NCBI GenBank assembly: GCA_023205875.1
Contig: CP060757.1
Span: 992,001 to 1,056,000, forward strand
Source: Chloropicon primus
Lineage: Eukaryota
Direction: 5' to 3'
DNA length: 64,000 nucleotides
The notes under the pieces: generated by a model
Database searches by the model: none
What the model saw: the letters and a program-made list of their open reading frames with translations, nothing else
Told to the model about the DNA's origin: nothing
In this document: in pieces, positions 42,344 to 53,633 of the stretch
Numbering within the stretch: position 1 is the first letter of the stretch
Layout: every line of letters starts with the position of its first letter
Program-made: the position numbers and the translations under genes

Positions 42344-42386
42344 TGATGCGAGTTGATGCGAGTTGATGCGAGTTGATGCGAGTTGA
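42344..42386. repeat. 10-bp tandem repeat (tgatgcgagt)x4 in the divergent asparaginase/FtsH promoter, preceded by (gaact)n at 42303-42326
   Basis: Read directly from the sequence. Confidence 0.9.
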
Positions 42387-42786
42387 CTTTTCGCCCCTCT
42401 GCCGTTCCCTTGGTCAAAAAAAAACGCGAAACCGGCCAGGCGAAGACGTCCTCACTGTCCAGTCCTCGTCGACTCGCGTCTCACCGTAACCCCAACCGGA
42501 ACCTCGCACGCAAACGTAGAATTGCGCAGAGGACCTTGGCTCGAAACTCTGCGTCCGTCGAAGTTCCCCTCTTCAAGGTCTGAGTGGTCAGAAAGTCGAG
42601 AAGGTCCGCGTCAGAACTCAAAGATCAGAGATCAGGTGTAATAGATTGTTACACCTCTTGCTGCGGCCTGCGGATCTCGTGGTTTGGATTGAGAGGAGGA
42701 GAGGAGGAGAGATCTGGACCAAGCTTTGTTCGGGAGGCGAGAGAGAGTCGAAGGAAGGGACGGAGGAAGAGGACAAAGGGAGGAGG

Positions 42787-43860
42787 ATGAGGGCGACGAC
42801 GACGACGATGACGACGAGCACGAGGACGGCGAGGAGGGCGCTGGAGAGGATCAGCAGGAGCAGGGCGTTCGCGACGAGGTTGAGGAGCGCGGGGAGGGAG
42901 GCGACCCCGGAGATATCTGGCTCGAATGGTCGGAAGCTGGAGAGACAGGTGAGGGAGGCCCTGAGGGCGCTCCCCGCGGGCGCCCTCGCGGCGGCCCTCG
43001 CCGTCTCGGGCGCCGGGAGCGCGTACGCGGCGGAGCAGGTCTACGCGCCGGACCAGCCTCAGGAGCTGGTCCAGGCCCGAAACTCTTCGGCCCAAGAGCT
43101 GAACTCTTCGGCGTTGGAGCTCCAGGCCCAGAGCGCCCCTTCGCTCGTGGCGCAGGTCGCGGAGGAGTACCAGCTCCCCGAGGGCTCGAACTGGCGCTAC
43201 AGCGAGTTCATCTCCGCCGTGGAGAAGGGCAAGGTCGAGAGAGTCCGGTTCTCCAAGGACGGCCAGGCCCTGCAGCTGACCGCGAGCGATGGCAGGAGGG
43301 CCCTGGTCATCCTGCCGAACGACCCGGAGCTCGTGGACGTCCTCGCCAAGAACGGGGTGGACATCTCCGTGAGCGAGGGCGAGGGCGGCGGCAACTACGT
43401 CGCGGTCCTGGGCAACTTGCTCTTCCCGCTGCTTGCACTCGGAGGACTCTTCTTCCTGTTCAGGAGGGGGGGTCAGAACGGCATGGGGGGCGGACCCATG
43501 GGCGGACCCGGCGGACCCATGGACTTTGGCAGGTCCAAGTCCAAGTTCCAGGAGGTCCCGGAGACCGGAGTCAAGTTCCCAGACGTCGCCGGTGTCGACG
43601 GCGCCAAGCTGGAGCTCCAGGAGGTCGTGGACTTCCTGAAGAACCCGGACAAGTACACCGCGCTCGGCGCCAAGATTCCAAAGGGGTGCCTCCTCGTGGG
43701 ACCCCCCGGGACCGGAAAGACCTTGCTCGCCAAGGCCGTGGCCGGGGAGGCCGGAACCCCCTTCTTCTCCTGCTCCGCCTCCGAGTTCGTGGAGCTCTTC
43801 GTCGGCGTCGGCGCCAGCAGAGTGAGGGACCTCTTCGAGAAGGCCAAGGCCAAGGCCCCT

Positions 43861-43895
<35 letters not shown>

Positions 43896-44982
43896 AAGGC
43901 AGAGGGGCGCGGGCATGGGCGGGGGAAACGACGAGAGGGAGCAGACCATCAACCAGCTCCTGACGGAGATGGACGGCTTCGAGGGAAACACCGGGGTCAT
44001 CGTCCTCGCCGCCACCAACAGGCCCGACGTCCTCGACTCGGCCCTCCTGAGGCCGGGGAGGTTCGACAGGCAGGTCACCGTGGACAGGCCTGACGTCCAG
44101 GGAAGGGTCAAGATCCTCGAGGTGCACTCCAGGGACAAGGTCCTCTCCAAGGACGTGGACCTGGAGAAGGTCGCCAGGAGGACCCCCGGGTTCACCGGCG
44201 CGGACCTGCAGAACCTGATGAACGAGGCGGCCATCATGGCCGCCAGGAGGAGCCTGAAGGAGATCTCCAAGGAGGAGATCGCCGACGCCCTCGAGAGGAT
44301 CATCGCGGGACCAGAGAAGAAGGACGCCGTCATGTCCGACGAGAAGAGGAAGCTCGTGGCGTACCACGAGGCGGGCCACGCCATCGTCGGCGCCCTGATG
44401 CCCGAGTACGACCCAGTGACCAAGATCAGCATTGTGCCCAGGGGTGCGGCGGGAGGCCTCACTTTCTTCGCCCCGAGCGAGGAGAGGCTCGAGAGCGGGC
44501 TCTACTCCAGGAGCTACCTCGAGAACCAGATGTGCGTCGCGTTGGGAGGCAGAATTGCGGAGGAGCTCATCTTTGGAGCCGAGAATGTGACCACGGGAGC
44601 GAGCGGAGATTTCCAGCAGGTGACGAGGACCGCGAAGATGATGGTGACACAGATGGGCTTCAGCGACGAGCTTGGACAGGTGTGCTACGGCGGTGGCGGC
44701 GGCCCGAGCTTCTTGGGCGCGCAGGCGGGTCAAGATGCGGACTACTCTGGGGAAACGGCTGACATTATTGACAAGGAAGTGAAGGATCTCGTGAACAGGG
44801 CCTACAGGAGGGCCAAGGATCTGCTGCAGACGAACATTGATGTCCTTCACGACGTTTCGATGAAGCTGATCGAGAAGGAGAACATGGATGGGGATGAGTT
44901 CGAGAAGATCATCCTTGCCAGCGGGGCGCAGCAGTACACGAAGGATGACGAGCCATCGATCACGGTTCCATACCAGAACTAA
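42787..44982 (+). CDS. FTSH1: Thylakoid FtsH protease, type A (FtsH1/5-like)
   Basis: Bipartite transit peptide ending in [40 protein letters not shown] and [17 protein letters not shown]. Confidence 0.93.
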
Positions 44983-45072
44983 TTTCGGGATTTTAACAAA
45001 AACAAAAAAACTTTTTGATCTAAAACTAGACGGTACAAAATTCTTTACAAAGACACACCCGAGGACGCCCAC

Positions 45073-48000
45073 TCAAGGCTTCTCCTCCCCCTCCTTCCAC
45101 TCATCGGAATCTCCCTCGGCTCTCTCGAACTCAAAGCTCTCGTGGAACTCGGGCGAGTCGGGCACCTCTGACACGGCCACGGAGCGATCATCCGTGGCCG
45201 GACCAAGGGTCTCCGCGACGGAATCATCCTGGTCGAGGGCCCCAAGACCGAGGTCTGAAAGGGGCATATCAGCAAACGTCAGGTCCATGCTGTCTCTGCT
45301 TTTCACGTCTCCTTCGCTGAGACACAACCGCCTCTCGGCGAAGAGGTGATCACTTGCCAGCGACGAGAGGGAGGATCTGCGCTCCAGCACTGGAAGGTGC
45401 CCTGCCAAAGGCCCTGGCTTCCCGAGGGGACTGGGACTGGCCCTCGTGCACTGGGACTCCTCCTCCGTCTCCTCCTCCTCAGAGTCCCTGCTCTCTCCAT
45501 TCTCCCCAAACTGATTCGAAGCAGCAAGATCAAGCACGTCCAGCGCCGACTTGCTGCTTGACCGCCTGTGATGCGGAATCGCACCTTGTCGCTCTTCGCT
45601 TGGACTCCCAGGCAAATCCAGGGCCTGGATGCTGCTGCGTGAGGATCTGGCGTCGACGGGAGGAAGGTTGGGCAGATCCAACTGAGGGGACGCGAGCTCC
45701 TCCTCTTCGTTCATCCTTCTCTGGTGCCGTATCCACCTCCTCCTCCTTGCCTTCTTTTCCATGGTCTGCATCTTAGATCCGTTCTCGCGCATCAGCTCAG
45801 CAAAATCTTTTCCGTACGACCAGCCGTCTTCGTCGATTCTCTCGTGGTGCTCCTTGCTGTTGTCAATATTCCAGTGCCCCACCCACTTGAAGCCCGTTGG
45901 GAGGCTGGGGGAAACGTCGCTGAAGAGAGCAGAGGTGGCGGACCCATCTCTGTTGCTGAACCTCTTCAGCGTGTTGTCGATTGGTGCTGTCCACTCGTTG
46001 TGGGAGCCGACTCTCTCTTCCTGCTCAAACATCTCGACCAGAACAACGTCCTGGCCTATCTCCAGCCGGTCTGTGGGCTGCTCCGGCGTTGCGATTGGGT
46101 CTGACCTCTCGTCCGCACCGATTGGGCTCGTCGATTCAGCCAGGGACTGAGCCAGGTCTGGCTTCCTCCAGCCGAGAAGCGTCTCAATCTTTGCTTTCAC
46201 AGATTTGCCGTCCCCGATGCTCGAGTTCCTTCTCATGAGAACGTCCTTCATCCGACCCGAGTGGATCCGCGTTCGAATCCACCTTCGTCTCCTGACAAAC
46301 TTCTTCATCGTTTTCTTCGCGTGCTCTGGGTCGCTTGGCGGGTAGTCCTTGAGGCCCGAGAATGCCATGACTCCGTAGTAGAAGCCGTCAGCGTCGACTA
46401 AGCCTGATTTGTGCCCAGAAAGGTCTATCTGCCACTCTGTCTCGAGCCACACCCAGTTTGGGGGCAGTGCTGGAGCAACAAGCTCGAAGATTTGGCTCTG
46501 TGTCCCGACCTTTGGCAACCCAATCCTATCGCTCCATTTTCCACAGTCCGTGGGCAAGAAGTGCCCGGGCCAGAGGCTTCCCCAACCTCGGAAAGGCTGG
46601 TAGCGCTGGTTCTCGAAAACTTCCTCGACAACAAGCCCCGAATCCTCTCCAGTGTCTCTGCCTATGAAACTGGATTGGCCCACCAGCTCAGCTTGCTTCT
46701 TGTCCCTCAAACCCTTCACAGCTTGCGCCTGAGCGGCCGGCGAAAGATGGTTGAACTTTGCGATCTTCGACACGATCATCGCTGCCTCTGCCGCAGCTGG
46801 AACAACTTCGCCTGGAGAGAGGTCCTCCTCATCAGCACTCAGTTCGGTGGTCTCCTTGGTGGCAATCACCTTTTTCACCTCAAGGGACTTGAGTATCGCA
46901 GTCAAAGACCCCTTCAAAGGCGCAGAGACCTTCTTCACGATCGTGCTCTGCGTGACTCTCCTGGACAGTTGGATCAGAGGCCTGAGCAGTCTGAACACCA
47001 GCAGCAGCAGGATTGACATGTTTGTGATGATCCAGTGGCTGGCCAGGACGAAGAACTTGAAGACGAATCCCAGGACGTAGAAACGCACCGCGTTGGCGAA
47101 AAACTCGGAATGCCTCGCAGCCGTTGACCCAGGTTCAACGATCTCGTCGCTGGCGTCGCACTCTTCGTCTGCGGACAGCTGGTGCGGAGCAGTCGCCCCG
47201 CCAACCAAGCCGCCGCGCTCAGCGACGAGGTACAAAATGCAGCCAAAGGCTAGTATTGCGTGGGAGTATTGCATCAAGAACCTGAAAATCTCGTGCGTGA
47301 CCACGGAGTCGAGAGACTTCGGTGCATCCTTTGCGGCCACGTGTCTCTCGAGGTGGGATGGGAGGGCGTCCCTGATCTTGATAATGGTCGCCAACGTCGC
47401 TCGGAGATCTTTCATGTTGTCTTTCACCCCACTCGCGGCGTTCTTCTCGATCAGGCTCTTGAACGAAGCCTTCTTGGTGTACACGATCTCGTAGCTGGCT
47501 TGCAGGCAGCACGAATCCGCGCCGTTGGCCCCCAGGCAGTACTGGATCACCGTGTACATACAGTCTCCCACGGGCAGGGTCGGGACTTTTGCTTTCACTT
47601 CCATGACGTACGCCAACCCGTCCCTGGCAAGGGTCACCGTCTGCGTCTCGTACGTCTTGTGCTTCCCCCTGATGAAGCTGGACTTGAAGCCCGTGATGTA
47701 CGTGCTCTCCCGCTCCAGCGCTCGGCCCTCCTCCTCGTTGCGGTCCTCCCAAGGCTCCGTCTCCACTTCCTCGTACTTCCTGTGTCTGTAGAGCCTTCGC
47801 CACAGGGTGGAACTTTCGTGGTCCCCCGTGAAGTGCTTCCACAAGATCGCGACGTCGCAGTCCACGATCAAGTCGAGGACAACCCCACCCTTCTTGGCCT
47901 GCGGCCACAGGCTCTTGCCGTCCTTCCGTCCGCTCGAGGCGCCACCGCCACCGGGGAAGGGCATCTGCATCTTTCCGCCGCCGCGGTCGGAGTGCTTCGC

Positions 48001-48180
48001 ACCCTGCTCCTCCCCGTCCGCCGACACGTCGAGCCTCCTGCTCACGTGCCCCTTCTTCGCCCCCTGGGTCCTCGCCCCACACTTGGAGGTTCTCGCGTCT
48101 TCTTTCATTGGGCTGTTGTAAGGAGTCGTCAGGCTGTTCGTCACCCGCATGAGCGACATGGTGCTCAGACCCGTCGCCAT
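45073..48180 (-). CDS. VASt (StART-like) + transmembrane + two Dysferlin/Pex24-type domain protein
   Basis: VASt-like segment (ETQTVT...VKAKVPTLPVGDCMYTVIQYC...KSLIEKNA), hydrophobic helices, and two DysF units (EVFENQRY..GW...W.W...WQID...DGFYY...VRRRRWIR and EMFEQEER...DGWSYG...RRRRWIR). Confidence 0.7.
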   Translation of the reverse strand: MATGLSTMSLMRVTNSLTTPYNSPMKEDARTSKCGARTQGAKKGHVSRRLDVSADGEEQGAKHSDRGGGKMQMPFPGGGGASSGRKDGKSLWPQAKKGGVVLDLIVDCDVAILWKHFTGDHESSTLWRRLYRHRKYEEVETEPWEDRNEEEGRALERESTYITGFKSSFIRGKHKTYETQTVTLARDGLAYVMEVKAKVPTLPVGDCMYTVIQYCLGANGADSCCLQASYEIVYTKKASFKSLIEKNAASGVKDNMKDLRATLATIIKIRDALPSHLERHVAAKDAPKSLDSVVTHEIFRFLMQYSHAILAFGCILYLVAERGGLVGGATAPHQLSADEECDASDEIVEPGSTAARHSEFFANAVRFYVLGFVFKFFVLASHWIITNMSILLLLVFRLLRPLIQLSRRVTQSTIVKKVSAPLKGSLTAILKSLEVKKVIATKETTELSADEEDLSPGEVVPAAAEAAMIVSKIAKFNHLSPAAQAQAVKGLRDKKQAELVGQSSFIGRDTGEDSGLVVEEVFENQRYQPFRGWGSLWPGHFLPTDCGKWSDRIGLPKVGTQSQIFELVAPALPPNWVWLETEWQIDLSGHKSGLVDADGFYYGVMAFSGLKDYPPSDPEHAKKTMKKFVRRRRWIRTRIHSGRMKDVLMRRNSSIGDGKSVKAKIETLLGWRKPDLAQSLAESTSPIGADERSDPIATPEQPTDRLEIGQDVVLVEMFEQEERVGSHNEWTAPIDNTLKRFSNRDGSATSALFSDVSPSLPTGFKWVGHWNIDNSKEHHERIDEDGWSYGKDFAELMRENGSKMQTMEKKARRRRWIRHQRRMNEEEELASPQLDLPNLPPVDARSSRSSIQALDLPGSPSEERQGAIPHHRRSSSKSALDVLDLAASNQFGENGESRDSEEEETEEESQCTRASPSPLGKPGPLAGHLPVLERRSSLSSLASDHLFAERRLCLSEGDVKSRDSMDLTFADMPLSDLGLGALDQDDSVAETLGPATDDRSVAVSEVPDSPEFHESFEFERAEGDSDEWKEGEEKP

Positions 48181-48620
48181 CACGCCTCGCTCCCCACCCT
48201 CGCCCCCGTCGTTCCGCCCACCTCACCAAAAACCTAACGCCTGCAAAGCGTTACTGCCCTCCCAAGCGAGCAGCCTCTTGGAGAAAAAATCGTTTTCCAC
48301 CTTCACCCCTCTGAACCCTCCGTGAAATCGGTCAAGCGAGGTACGTACAGAAAGCCCGAGAGACGCTCTTTCGTGCCATGCCCTCCCCGCCCCCCCTCCT
48401 CGCCTCGCTTCACGGAGTCCAAACCCTAAAACCTCACAAACTCTCCCTCCCTCTTTGCGGAGCGCTCGAGGCCTGATGTGGAGGAGACGAGCCGTTGGAG
48501 CGAGAGCCGAGAGGAGGGAGCGAGGGGAACCAGCAAAGGAAGGTGGGTTGGGAGGCTCTTACTGGTTGTTGGAGGTCGTGGGAGCAAGGCGGGGAGAGGG
48601 GAGAGGCGTTTGGAGGGATC

Positions 48621-49351
48621 ATGAAGGCGGGACGTGACGCGGCGGCGGCCAGTGGGAGGGCGTGTGGTGCGGCATCGCAACAAATCCCGACTTGGAGGAG
48701 GTTGAGGTTGAGGATGAGGAGGGGGGGGGGGAGGAGGAGGTTGAGTGGATCGGGTCCAAAATGGGGGGGCGGAGAGGACCGATCCAGGGGTGCGGCTTCG
48801 GTAATGCGCGATGGGACCCCTCGCGCTGCTTCGTCGGGGTGCACGCCGACGAGGAAGGACCTCGAAGTGGAAGCGTTCAAGTCGAGCTTCAACGTAAGTG
48901 GTGGTCTTCTCCGCGCCGCGCGGATCTCCGTCGTACATCAGTCGCTGACTAAAACCCTCACGCGCCCTTTGCTTCCAGTCCCGGTGGATCGACGTCCCCC
49001 GCGTGTCGTACCACGGCGCCCCGGGGGCCTTCAGCGCGCTGGCTGCCAAGGCGCTTCTCCCGGACTGCGAGCCGGTGGCCTGCGATACTCTGGAGCTCGT
49101 GACGGCGTCCGTCACGCAGTGGAGGTCTGACCTTGCGATCGTGCCCATCCAAAACACGCTGGAAGGGACGCTGCACGAGCTTCAGGACCAGCTCGTGTCT
49201 TGTGGACTCCACATCGTCGGGGAGGTGAATATTCCGGTCATCCACTGCCTGGTGGCCCTTCCTGGCGTCAATAGGGGAGACATCAAAAGAGTCCTGAGTC
49301 ATCCGGTGGTAAGCACGACGACGTCCCTTGACACATTCCCCTCCCCCGTGT

Positions 49352-49382
<31 letters not shown>

Positions 49383-50190
49383 GCAACTCGAAGTTCGCTG
49401 ACTCGTCGTCGTTTTGCTCTCGTCGCCAAAAAGGCCCTGGCTCAGTGCTCGACCCTCCTCAAGGACTTGGGCGTGGTGAGGGAAGCCGTTTTTGACACGG
49501 CGTTCTCGGCAAAGAGGATCAAGGACGAGATGCTGATGGATTGCGCCGGCATTGCGAGCAAGGAAGCGGCAGAGCACTTTGGCCTCGAGGTGCTGAGCGA
49601 GGACGTTCACGACAAGGAGCGGGGGGTGAACGTTCAGAGGTATCTTCTGCTCGCGAGGTGAGAAGAGAGAACGAGCGAAGGAAGAATGCTGGAAACGACG
49701 AAGTCCCTCTGACCGACCATTTGTCCTCCTCGACACCCCTTTTCCTTCGTGCGCGTTCAGGGAGCCTTGCGAGTACGACAGCGCTAGCACGTACAAGACG
49801 TCCTTGGTGTTCACCCTGGGCGAGGGATCCGGGCAGCTCTTCAAGGCCTTGTCCGTTTTCGCTCTGAGAGAGATGAACATCACGAAGATAGAGAGCCGGC
49901 CACTGAGGGCAAACCCTCTGCTCGAGACTGGGGACGCCACTCAGTTCAACTACATCTTTTACTTGGATTTCATCGGCCACGTTTCGGAGACCAAGTGCAA
50001 GCAAGCGATGAGGCACCGTAAGTCCGAGACGGGAGCAGCGCTCACGAGTTCGTTGCGGCAAGACGCTGACAGCCACCCCTCCTGCTTCTTTCCTCTTTTG
50101 CCACCCGCAGTGCAGGAGCTCACGCCCTTCTTCAAGGTGCTGGGAAGCTACCCCGTCGCCAGCGAGGCGTTCAAGTACTGGGGAGCTTGA
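48621..50190 (+). CDS. Arogenate/prephenate dehydratase-like protein (plastid); exons 48621-48893, 48979-49308, 49434-49657, 49761-50017, 50111-50190
   Basis: VSYHGAPGAFS, IHCL, VLSHPV|ALAQC, DTA, KTSLVF, GQLFKALSVFALR.MNITKIESRP (ACT domain) and KVLGSYP. All four introns are frame-consistent. Confidence 0.85.
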
Positions 50191-50333
50191 ACGGGGGAGG
50201 ACGCGAAGGACAGCCGTTGCGATGCCAAAGAAGAGGAATAGATTAAAAGAATAATGGAGTGCATTGCGTTTCCCTTGCAAGCGAGCGAGCGAGCGCACAA
50301 CTCGTGCGACCGAACCAAACGTTCGTTGCTCTC

Positions 50334-50702
50334 TCAGAAGCCCCGGTCTCTCCTCTTCATGATCCAGTTAATCTTTCTCCCGATGGCCTTCCTCGCCAGC
50401 CTCTTCGCCGTCCGCCTTTGGTCGATGATCTTCTGGTCGGACTTCTTCGTGTGCCACGTTCGGATTCTCGCCTCCAGCAGGATCCCCTCCATGTTCAGCT
50501 TGCGGTTCATCTTCTTGAAGACGTGGTCCACTTGGGAGTTGTCCTCCACGTCAAAGTGAAGGGACCTCGGAAAGGGAGCCGTCGACGTTCCCATTGCCCC
50601 CGGCGCCGACTGAGCCGCCGCAGGGTTCCACCTCGCCACGCTCCAGCCCCTGCCGGTCCCCCTCCGCAGCACCTCCTTGCTCAACGCAGCCAGGTACTGC
50701 AT
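50334..50702 (-). CDS. Mitochondrial ribosomal protein bS21
   Basis: Presequence-like N-terminus, then V..VFKKMNRKLNMEGILLEARIRTWHTKKS and INWIMKRRDRGF. Confidence 0.75.
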   Translation of the reverse strand: MQYLAALSKEVLRRGTGRGWSVARWNPAAAQSAPGAMGTSTAPFPRSLHFDVEDNSQVDHVFKKMNRKLNMEGILLEARIRTWHTKKSDQKIIDQRRTAKRLARKAIGRKINWIMKRRDRGF

Positions 50703-50747
50703 CTTCGATATCGATCGTGTGTGTTCCTCTTGTTCCTCTTGTTTCTC

Positions 50748-50780
<33 letters not shown>

Positions 50781-51112
50781 GTGTGTGTGTGTATCTGTGT
50801 GTGCGCCTCGTGTGCGGAGTTGTACCAGCACAGTGCACAAGAACGAAAACACAACCCCTCCCGTCCCGTCGCCAAGCTCCCACTCCCCGACTCCCTTCTG
50901 CCCCCAGTCCTCGTCGCCCTCCTCCCTCCTCGAGTGTACCACTTGTACACCATTTGGTCACCTTATCCGGAATGCGCCGCAGAGGGCGTCGTCGTGGTCC
51001 AAAAGCGCAAGGGGGGGTTGTGTGTGTGTGGGTGAGAGCGAGCGGGGCGGCGAAGAGTGGTTTGGTTTGGTTTGGTTTGGTTTGGTGAGAGATAGAGAAA
51101 GAGGGAGGAACG

Positions 51113-51768
51113 ATGCGCGTAGTGGGAGGAACGAGGTGCGCGGCGGGGTGCAGGGCGAACGCGCGGTTCGCGGGGCTGTCCTCGGTCCGTTGCGTCGGTG
51201 GAGCGAGCGTGAGGCAGGGCGCGAGTCTGGCGGGTCGTCGCTCCACGGCGAGCGTCCTGGTCGTCGAGGCGAAGAAGGGAGACTCAGTGAAGAAGAGGCA
51301 GCGCCAGAACGAGAAGCAGCGTCTTTACAACAAGGGGAAGAAGAGCGCCTGCAAGACCAGGATCAAGAAGGTGCGCCCTCGCTTCGTCGGACACACGTGA
51401 ACATCTGCTGACAAACTCGAACTTCCGTCGTCCGTTGCGCGTGCTTGCACACCCAAGGTTTTCGCGAGCGTGGAGGAGATGAGTGAGGGAGCGCTTCCCA
51501 AGTCGGAGGCGGACTTGAAGCCAATAGACGAGCTTATCGTACGTAGCTTTTCTTCTTCTTCTTCTTCGGTTTCCTTGGTCACGCTACTACATGGTTTCCA
51601 ACTGACACTTTCTCCCGTTCTCTCTCTCCATAGTCCTTGGCCTACAAGGAGATCGACAGAGCCGTGGCAAAGGGAGTGATGCACAAAAACACAGCAGCGA
51701 GAAGGAAGGCGAGAGTGGCCAGGGCCAGGAGGGACTTGGCCATCACAGCGGGACTGTATTCTCCTTAG
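51113..51768 (+). CDS. PRPS20: Plastid ribosomal protein bS20; exons 51113-51370, 51458-51538, 51634-51768
   Basis: Transit peptide, KRQRQNEKQRLYNKGKKSACKTRIKK|V and SLAYKEIDRAVAKGVMHKNTAARRKAR. Confidence 0.93.
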
Positions 51769-51930
51769 ACGCACACAACATTCTGTAATCTTACGACCAC
51801 ACACACGGTTTCTTTAGGACTCTCTGCCTCTTCCTTCCGCTGCGTGCGTACAATCAAATCTGCTCCAAGTTACAATTGTAGAGGTGTTTTAAAGAAAAAA
51901 GGTGTGTTCTAAAACCCTCGGTGTCCTCCC

Positions 51931-53130
51931 CTAGTGGGCACCTGGTCTCTGGCCCCTCGACAGAATCAAGATCGCCGGGGTCGAGCTCCGAGCGCTGCTC
52001 CAAATGAAGATTCTTCGAGACGGGGACAAGCCGTGGGCGACCTCGCTGATGTTGGAAGGGCTTGGACCCGCGTCCACTCCGCTCTCGGGCGCTTCCACCT
52101 CTTCCTGGTCGCTGAAAGAATCGTCGTCGTTCTCGTCGTTCTCGTGGCCCTCGCAGCAGTCACACATGCTGCAGCCTCCTCCTTGCTCCTCCTCCACTTC
52201 TTCTGCCGCTGCTGCCGCTGGCACTTCAACTTTCTCTCTGCACATGGGGCAGGTGGAGTGCGAGCTCAGCCACTTCCACAGGCACGACTTGTGAAAGATG
52301 TGATCCTCGAAGCAGGGCAGCCTCACCAGGTCCTCCCCCAGCAGCATGGGGTTGTAGCAGACTGGGCAGTCGTGTGGAACGCAGCAGAGCGCCTCCTGAT
52401 TCCCCTCGGACATGACAGGGAGCCTCTCGAACTCCTCCCTCGTCAAGCCCTCGCTCTTCTGGTCCCGGAGCGAGAGACTCAGGATCGGGAGGATCTGAGA
52501 GAGATAGCCCATGGCCTCGTCCAGGTGCGTGTACGGAATGTAAACGTAAACATCACCTTGCTGGCTGGAGGCAAAGTCTTGAATCTCTTGCCACACCTCG
52601 TCGGATTGGCGGGCCATCCCCCTCCTTATGCCAGCGACCAAGCTCCTCCTCCCCAGGATGCTCGAGGAGGAAGGTGAGGCGCTGTCACCCTCGAGGCCTT
52701 CCCTGTCGCGGCGCGGCCCGGGCCTTCCAAAGGCTGGATCGTTCGAAAGAAGGGCCGCCATTATTCTCTGCCTGAACTCGCTCCTGAGCCTATTTCTGTT
52801 GTCAAGGCTGACGTGAGCTGCCGGGGACACGTTCGAGGAGCGACGCGAGAATCCGTTGGAGAAGAGTTTTCCGACCTTCCTGCAGAAACTCCTGAAGGAA
52901 CCGCTCCTGCGGGTTGTGCCCCGAGCTGGACGGCTGGTGCCCCTCCTGGAGGCGTTGTTTGGCAGGATCTGGCGCCTCGACGCCACCCCGGACCCCTCGA
53001 CCTCCTCGACCAACTCGTTGCCTTGGCTCACTTCTTGTTCCTCCGAGGAGATTTCCCCGTCTTGCGAGTCATCCAAAGCACCCGTCACCCTCTCGGGCGT
53101 CTCTGAGTGCACGCTCAGGCACCCCAACAT
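51931..53130 (-). CDS. RING-H2 E3 ubiquitin ligase-like protein
   Basis: GLTREEFERLP followed by CPVC...LVRLPC..HIFHKSCLWKWL..HSTCPMCR. Confidence 0.85.
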   Translation of the reverse strand: MLGCLSVHSETPERVTGALDDSQDGEISSEEQEVSQGNELVEEVEGSGVASRRQILPNNASRRGTSRPARGTTRRSGSFRSFCRKVGKLFSNGFSRRSSNVSPAAHVSLDNRNRLRSEFRQRIMAALLSNDPAFGRPGPRRDREGLEGDSASPSSSSILGRRSLVAGIRRGMARQSDEVWQEIQDFASSQQGDVYVYIPYTHLDEAMGYLSQILPILSLSLRDQKSEGLTREEFERLPVMSEGNQEALCCVPHDCPVCYNPMLLGEDLVRLPCFEDHIFHKSCLWKWLSSHSTCPMCREKVEVPAAAAAEEVEEEQGGGCSMCDCCEGHENDENDDDSFSDQEEVEAPESGVDAGPSPSNISEVAHGLSPSRRIFIWSSARSSTPAILILSRGQRPGAH

Positions 53131-53633
53131 CCCTCTTACTCCCTGTCAGCGCCCCTCTCGCCCCCTCTCCTCTCGCAGTCTATCGGTGTGACGTGGAAGT
53201 CGGATTCAAAACTATCCGCACAAAGCCACAAAAAGCCAACCAAGAAAAAGAAAAAGAAAGCTCTTTCCCTTCCCACGGAGAGAACGAAAGGTACCAGCGG
53301 AGCAAACGCGGTCCGCTTTTGTCCCAAAGTCTCGACCTTTTCCCTGGTCGTTGTACCCAAGCAACTGGTCTCCTCGTGGTCTGGCGCCAAGGGACTCTTT
53401 TAGTCCCCGGAGAGACCCCTGGATTGCAAGAAATTTTTTTTCACGTGACGAGCAAGGGACGAGGAGAGAGAAGGAAGAAGAGAAGGGACGGACTTTTCGG
53501 ACGGACTCCTCTCGCCTCTGGCCTTGGCTGGGAGGGAGGGGTGGGAGCTGGCCGCCCAGCTAAAAATCAATAAAAGTGTTGTATATCTAATTACAAATAC
53601 CTTTCTCCGAGGAGAACTCTTCAGAATCATGAT

